A stretch of 64,000 nt of DNA from Planctomycetota bacterium (GTDB lineage: Bacteria > Planctomycetota > UBA8108 > SXIK01). Below the pieces are notes generated by a model. It was not told the DNA's origin. It searched no databases and saw nothing but the letters and a program-made list of their open reading frames with translations. Numbering within the stretch: the first letter of the stretch is position 1; each line of letters starts with the position of its first letter. The DNA lies in NCBI GenBank assembly GCA_965223265.1, contig OZ244999.1, positions 5,568,001-5,632,000 of the forward strand. Reading direction: 5' to 3'. Made by a program: the position numbers and the translations under genes. Of the stretch, positions 58,569 through 64,000 are shown piece by piece.

Positions 58569-60344
58569 TCAGGGCTCATCCGAGGCGGCGACTGACGCCC
58601 CGTCCTCGAGCTCATGCTGGAGAGCTCGCACCAAACCCGCCAGCTCCTCGCGCTCCGTCTGCCATCGTTCGAGCGCGCTCTCCGCGGTCCGCATCCTCGC
58701 CTCGCCGCACTCGCTCGCCTCAACGCCAGACTCCGCTTCCGTGCGTCGAAATGTCCGTTCGAGCCGCTGCAGCTGGCGTGTCCAGGCAACCACCGCGGCT
58801 AGCACATAAGCAAGAACCAACGACAGCACGAATCCAGCGAGAAAGAGTGGGTTCAATCCGCCGCTGACGAAGCTAACGGCTAACTGACTCCCCACGTCCC
58901 CCCACGGCACAGAGCCGCTCTCCCTCCACGTCTCGATTCCGATTCTGAGCGCCGGATGAACCAGCGTCAACACGAACCCAAGCGCCACGACCAGCGCCGC
59001 GGCGTGATTCCAAATCGACCATCGCCGCTTCAGACGATTCTCCCATTCACGCACTCGACCTTGATGCTCCGCGATCGTGCGCACGAACAGATTCTCTGGC
59101 TCGTCTGTCTCGCGTGCGGGCAGCTCCACAACTCCTGCAACCTCGAGCCGAGCGCTGCGAACAGTGTTGTCGACCGATTCCAGATATGGGCGAAAATGCC
59201 GGCGCAATCGCTGCGACGTGAGTCCCGCGAGATGGCGGCGACCCTTGGCCGACTTCCAGCGTAAGAACCCCTTGAATGTCAGCAAGAAATCGACGGGAAA
59301 CCCGAACGACTGCGCGTTCTGTCGCAGCCGCTCCACGGCCATGAGGTGGCGTTCGTCGGCGGACAGCACTGTCGCGCCAAGCGTCGCCACCGTGCGCTCA
59401 TGCTCTGCGCGCCGATCACGCAACGACTCGAGCGCCCTGGCAACCTTCATGGCGCTGAGTCCCTCGCCGGCGAGCGGTGCCAGCTCGTTCGCCAAATCGA
59501 GCTGGCGAGCCTCAATATTCAGCTCCTTGGCGGCGCGTCGTCTCTGCTCCTGGCGATAAGCTTCGAGCAGTTTCACGCAGGCCCCGAACTCCCCGGCGCC
59601 TGCGCTCAGTGCAGAAAGCGCCGTTCCCTCTCGCCTCGCTTCGAGTGCCACGCGCGCAGAAATCGCCAGGAATCGCTCGTCGGGAACGTCGAGGTGAGCG
59701 TAGTGGACAAGCTTTGCGCGCAGGTCCGAGAGAATCCCGTCGACGACGTTTTGCCACTCTTGCGGATATCGATCCTGAAGCGAGTCGATCTTGTTGAGCA
59801 CGATGTAAAAGTTCTCGCGGCTCTGCGGCAACTGTTTGAGAAACTCGTACAGTCGTTCGTCGGCGTATTTGACGTCATCCACGAGGAGGAAGAGAACGTC
59901 CAATCGCGGTTGAAATCGCCCCAGCACCTCATGATGAAGACGGTCGACGGAATCGAAGTCGGGGAAGTCGAGCACCACGACACGCGACAACGCAGCGTTG
60001 TTGTGCAGCCGCTGCGGCTCGACGATGTCCGCGATCGGCATGCCATGTGGCAATGGAGTGCTCTCATGGCGATAGACGATAACGCGGTCCGTCGTCGGAC
60101 GCCGGTCACTGCTCGTGGAGATCACTTCACCCGCAAGCGCGTTGATGAGAGTCGACTTACCGACTCCAGTGCCCCCGACCAGCCCCACCACGAGCAGGTC
60201 GTCGAGGCTGCGTTCGTCGGCAGCGATCCTCTCCCACTCGGCTTGCAAACGGTGGCTCGTCGCGGGTGACAGGAGCGTCAACTCACGGGTGAGGAACTCA
60301 CCGAGACGACTCCAACTCGAACGATCGGACAACGCCACAATCAA
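58569..60344 (-). CDS. dynamin-like/YfjP-like GTPase with C-terminal TM hairpin
   Basis: GGTGVGKS, DFPDFDS, NKID; two hydrophobic segments. Confidence 0.8.
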   Translation of the reverse strand: MIVALSDRSSWSRLGEFLTRELTLLSPATSHRLQAEWERIAADERSLDDLLVVGLVGGTGVGKSTLINALAGEVISTSSDRRPTTDRVIVYRHESTPLPHGMPIADIVEPQRLHNNAALSRVVVLDFPDFDSVDRLHHEVLGRFQPRLDVLFLLVDDVKYADERLYEFLKQLPQSRENFYIVLNKIDSLQDRYPQEWQNVVDGILSDLRAKLVHYAHLDVPDERFLAISARVALEARREGTALSALSAGAGEFGACVKLLEAYRQEQRRRAAKELNIEARQLDLANELAPLAGEGLSAMKVARALESLRDRRAEHERTVATLGATVLSADERHLMAVERLRQNAQSFGFPVDFLLTFKGFLRWKSAKGRRHLAGLTSQRLRRHFRPYLESVDNTVRSARLEVAGVVELPARETDEPENLFVRTIAEHQGRVREWENRLKRRWSIWNHAAALVVALGFVLTLVHPALRIGIETWRESGSVPWGDVGSQLAVSFVSGGLNPLFLAGFVLSLVLAYVLAAVVAWTRQLQRLERTFRRTEAESGVEASECGEARMRTAESALERWQTEREELAGLVRALQHELEDGASVAASDEP

Positions 60345-62059
60345 CTCGGTTCCCCCTCCGTCGCATTCTCAGCCATGCAGAGGAGCGCCGGCGCGCGACC
60401 CGCCTCAAACGCCGACTGTATCTCGGCGGGATTAGCAGCAAGTTCACGCGCATGACGACGCAGCGTTTCGAACTGCTCGCGCCACGACGCCAGCTGTAAA
60501 AGTCGCCTCTCAATCTCACGCGCGACCCCATCGAGCACCTCCGCGAGGAGTCGATGGTGCTCCGTGCGCGCCTCCTCTTCGAACTTGGCGACGCGCTCGC
60601 TTGACACCGCGAGCCCAACCGCCTTAGCAACGATTGGGCTGACGATCGCATCGGTCACCACCTCCCCGAGCATCAGACCGCCACCAGTATGGATCTGTAC
60701 CCCCAGCACGACGCCGTTGTAAAGAACCTGAGCGAGCACGAACTTCAGTTTGTTCTCGCCAGTGACGGAACTCGCGGTTTCGGCTGCGCTCTCCTTTAGC
60801 CACGAGCGAAATCTCTCCTCACGCTGTCGAAACGTCTCACCCAGATCGGCGTGCGAAGGCTTCACCGCCTCGAAGAGCTCGCTCCACGTCTCAACGGGTA
60901 GTCGAGTCTCCTGCGAGAAGACGTCCCGAAGCTCTTCGATCGTCTCGAGGAGCCTCCGCTCAAGAATCTGAAAGGTATCAGAGGTGGCAGCAGGATCGGC
61001 CTCTGGCTCGTCCGCGACACTTGAATCACCGGGGAACCACTTTGCCCAGAGCGTCTTGACACCTTGGACGGGGAGATAGAGGAGCTTTCGCGGGTAGCGA
61101 AAGATATCGATGCGCTCCAGCGTTGCGAGGACACCGGCGAAGACCTCCGCCTTGACGCGCGGATCGACTTCAACGGACATCTCTTCCTGCAGCCTGCGAG
61201 CCGACACCTCGAACTCGCGCTGCGTGGCGGCGACGAGCTCCTCGACGGCCTCGAGGTAGCCCGCAAGCGACGCCTCGCTCTCCTGCCAGAGATCTGAGAA
61301 ACGGCGATGCTCGCGCGCGAGTCCGCGCTGGCGAAGCTCCCGGCGTGAAGCATCCGAAGCAACGAGCTCGGTGAGGGCGTCCGCCAAGGCGCAGAGCCCT
61401 GCGTCATCTGCTGGAATCAACTCCTGGTCATCGATACTGTGCTGCACGACGCTCACTCGTCGCGCAGCCGGCACGGCATTCGCGTCGAGCTCATCCAGCC
61501 GCGAGAAGAAATCGCGCCGCGGCTCTTCGCTGCGCACCTTGTTCAGCACGATGACGGCCGGCTGACCGCTGCGAACGATCTTCTCGAGGTAAGTCCACGT
61601 CGATTGGTCACCGTACTTATGGACGTCGGTGACAAAGAGAAACGCGTCCGCGGTCCAGAAGATCCTCTCGGCCTCGTCACGATTCTCCGCCTCAACGCTA
61701 TCGAAATCCGGAGTGTCGATGAGGACGACGTCGCGCCACTCATCGCGGCGGTGAAAGTGCAGAGTCACCTCACGGGGGAGCGACAGCGTAACGTGCGCTT
61801 CATGAGCGACGAAAGCAGCCCGGCGCGTGCAAGGACGGCGAAACCCGGCTGGGCTGACATTCGCTCCGAGGAGCGAATTGAACAGCTTGCTCTTACCCGC
61901 GCCCGTGGGGCCGAAGAAAGCCACGCGGATCGGCGCGTCTGGTCCCTCGCGCAGGCGAGCATTGAGACGCCGCACGGCCTCGAACACCGCCTGGCGGTAG
62001 GGCCAATGGTCGGCCGGCGCCTCGCAGAGCAGAAGCTGTTCCTCAAGCTCGGTATGCAC
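60341..62059 (-). CDS. dynamin-like GTPase (partner)
   Basis: GPTGAGKS, DTPDFDS, LNKV; long helical region; GTG start with GGAG RBS; 4-bp overlap with the next gene. Confidence 0.8.
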   Translation of the reverse strand: MHTELEEQLLLCEAPADHWPYRQAVFEAVRRLNARLREGPDAPIRVAFFGPTGAGKSKLFNSLLGANVSPAGFRRPCTRRAAFVAHEAHVTLSLPREVTLHFHRRDEWRDVVLIDTPDFDSVEAENRDEAERIFWTADAFLFVTDVHKYGDQSTWTYLEKIVRSGQPAVIVLNKVRSEEPRRDFFSRLDELDANAVPAARRVSVVQHSIDDQELIPADDAGLCALADALTELVASDASRRELRQRGLAREHRRFSDLWQESEASLAGYLEAVEELVAATQREFEVSARRLQEEMSVEVDPRVKAEVFAGVLATLERIDIFRYPRKLLYLPVQGVKTLWAKWFPGDSSVADEPEADPAATSDTFQILERRLLETIEELRDVFSQETRLPVETWSELFEAVKPSHADLGETFRQREERFRSWLKESAAETASSVTGENKLKFVLAQVLYNGVVLGVQIHTGGGLMLGEVVTDAIVSPIVAKAVGLAVSSERVAKFEEEARTEHHRLLAEVLDGVAREIERRLLQLASWREQFETLRRHARELAANPAEIQSAFEAGRAPALLCMAENATEGEPS

Positions 62060-62373
62060 TTCTCTCCGCTCCAGTTGCACGCGCCCGGCCGCGTAACCTC
62101 TTGACGTTGACGACCCTGTTTCGATCCCGGTACACCAGTGATCGGCTGGGCCGCCACCGAGCCGTGAAAGAAACGGCAAGACAAAGCCCATAGGGAAGTT
62201 ATAAACTATCGTGACTCGACTGGCTGGAGGCCGATTGTGTCAAACCAGGGTCGAGGCAGCAAGGATCCCCCGACGAATCCCGCCGGTCGCGGTCGCGCCG
62301 GCCCGGGTCTGGGGAAGGCTCGGAAAGCGGTGCCTGCCGGGAACTTTCGGGACGTCGCATCCGTTATAGCAGG

Positions 62374-62970
62374 GTGAAGCTGACTCCCATGTGGAAGGGA
62401 AAGCGTCAGAAATTCGAAGTCGCAGCCCTCTCCCACCTTGGGGCAGTTTTTCGTTTCGCTGTATATCTGACCAAAAACGAGATCGACGCCGAAGACTTGG
62501 CCCAGGACGCGTTTGTTCAAGCGCTCCGCAAGTACGAGCTGTTCCGCCCGGGGACAGATCTGAAGGCGTGGCTCTTTCGGATAACGCGCAACCTCTACAT
62601 CGATCAGCTGCGCCGCAAGAAGTTATCGCCACAGGCAACGGATCTCGCCGACCAAATCGGAGATGACAAATTCCACGCTCCGGAGACGTGGTCTTCGGTG
62701 CAGATGATGACCAAGGACGACGAAGAATCTTTCTACGAGCTTTTCGGTGACGAGGTTCGTAAGTTTCTCCAGGAACTTCCGGACACTTTTCGCTTGGCAC
62801 TACTTCTCTGCGACGTCGAGGGTCTCAGCTACGACGAGATTGGAGTAGCGCTCGATTGCCCCGTAGGTACGGTGCGGTCGCGGATCTCGCGTGCGCGACA
62901 GCACCTCCGTGAAAAGCTCTACAACTATGCACGGGACTTAGGGTATCTCCGCGAGCGTAAAGAAGAGTAG
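62374..62970 (+). CDS. ECF sigma-70 factor
   Basis: DAEDLAQD, LKAWLFRI.RN, EGLSYDEI...GTVRSRISRAR. Confidence 0.92.
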   Translation: MKLTPMWKGKRQKFEVAALSHLGAVFRFAVYLTKNEIDAEDLAQDAFVQALRKYELFRPGTDLKAWLFRITRNLYIDQLRRKKLSPQATDLADQIGDDKFHAPETWSSVQMMTKDDEESFYELFGDEVRKFLQELPDTFRLALLLCDVEGLSYDEIGVALDCPVGTVRSRISRARQHLREKLYNYARDLGYLRERKEE

Positions 62971-62995
62971 TCAAGAAGAATAAGCGCCGCGCCGC

Positions 62996-63826
62996 ATGAG
63001 CATGGACTGTCAGCAAGTCAAAGAACGCATCGACCAATTGATCGACTTCGCGCTACCGGAAGACGAACGCGCAGCGGTGCGCGCGCATATCGCGACCTGT
63101 GAGGATTGTCAGGCACTCCAGGAGCACGAACTCAGACTCAAGAGGCTCGTACAACTGAAGGCAAGGCGGCCTGATATGCCTCCGGGACTGCATGCGGCGG
63201 TAGTGCAGCGCTTGCAAGGAGCTAAAACAGAGGGGCGCTATGAATCTCGCTCGACAACGCGTCGGCTGCTGTTGGCAGCAGCGATGGTGACCGTAGCGAC
63301 CTTGGTGTCGTACGTGCTGCTCAATTGGGACGCTGCTCGGCTCGAACATCACGCCGCGGCGGAGGGCTGTGCGGATGCTTTTCTCGATCGACTGAAAGCC
63401 GCTGACAGCGCCGAGGTGGAGAATCCACCTCCTGGATGGGAGGCGCAACTCCGCGAGACGGTCAAGCGTGAGACGGGTGTGGAATTGGCGGCGATTCCGG
63501 CGATTCCGAACAGCCGCTGCGTTGGCTGGGAATCTGTCGAGATCGGCGGCCATCGCGCCGTGCGCGTTGACTTTCGACCGCAGCCAACGATCCAAGTGAA
63601 AGTGTTCGGATCATCGCGAGCGCTCGTCTCGGTCTTCCTGTTGCCGATGAGCAGCACGGCGTTCTCGCCGGACTTTTTGGAAAAGCTGCGGGGTGGCCAC
63701 TCGTGCGGCGGCTGTGTCGGGTTCAGCCGGAGCGGCTCGATCTTCTGCGTGCAGCGCAGCGACTTCTACGTCGCGACCGTCTCGAACATGGATGAGAGCG
63801 GGCAAGCGGGCTTCCAGCCGCGGTAG
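62996..63826 (+). CDS. zf-HC2 (ZAS) membrane anti-sigma factor
   Basis: HIATCEDC motif, one TM segment; follows the ECF sigma gene. Confidence 0.85.
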   Translation: MSMDCQQVKERIDQLIDFALPEDERAAVRAHIATCEDCQALQEHELRLKRLVQLKARRPDMPPGLHAAVVQRLQGAKTEGRYESRSTTRRLLLAAAMVTVATLVSYVLLNWDAARLEHHAAAEGCADAFLDRLKAADSAEVENPPPGWEAQLRETVKRETGVELAAIPAIPNSRCVGWESVEIGGHRAVRVDFRPQPTIQVKVFGSSRALVSVFLLPMSSTAFSPDFLEKLRGGHSCGGCVGFSRSGSIFCVQRSDFYVATVSNMDESGQAGFQPR

Positions 63827-63915
63827 GGTCGAGCGCCGTGCAGACGGAATCGATGACCCTATCGAGCGCTCCGCGGTCGGTGTCAGCAGATCGTGCTCGC
63901 GGGCGCGCCGTGCTG

Positions 63916-64000
63916 TCAACCGCGCAGCCAGTGGTTGAGATCGATGCCATCGAACGCGTCGTAGATGGCGGTCGCCTCTCGGAGCTCATCGCGACGATGA
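63916..64000 (-). CDS. 3' end of a gene running off the window (possibly HAD-like)
   Basis: open frame ...ELREATAIYDAFDGIDLNHWLRG*. Confidence 0.3.
   Translation of the reverse strand, partial: HRRDELREATAIYDAFDGIDLNHWLRG

Overview
GC-rich bacterial DNA with a Planctomycetota-like gene content: DUF1501, a planctomycete cytochrome-c protein, three PQQ-like beta-propellers, an ECF-sigma/Ser-Thr-kinase module and Cys-rich dockerin-like C-terminal tags. About 40 CDSs are supportable; I saw no rRNA, tRNA or CRISPR array. Two things stand out. (1) A putative extracellular dockerin/cohesin-linked system. Two paralogous signal-peptide-bearing dikinase-like enzymes (phospho-His domain followed by a PPDK_N ATP-grasp domain, a conserved unknown domain and a dockerin-like tag; one also carries FG-GAP propellers) each lie next to a gene for an apparently pure adaptor protein (dockerin-cohesin-like-dockerin, or triple dockerin). 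The window holds nine dockerin-like modules in six ORFs. (2) Two tandem IS110-family (IS1111-type) elements inserted at a CT core within a hexameric simple repeat. Their 3' non-coding region contains four short segments that match the target and donor junctions in bridge-RNA order. Intergenic DNA also holds GTAG-type REPs, 6-bp-periodic microsatellites, a duplicated ~170-bp module and a MITE. All functional calls come from motif recognition by eye; no searches were run.
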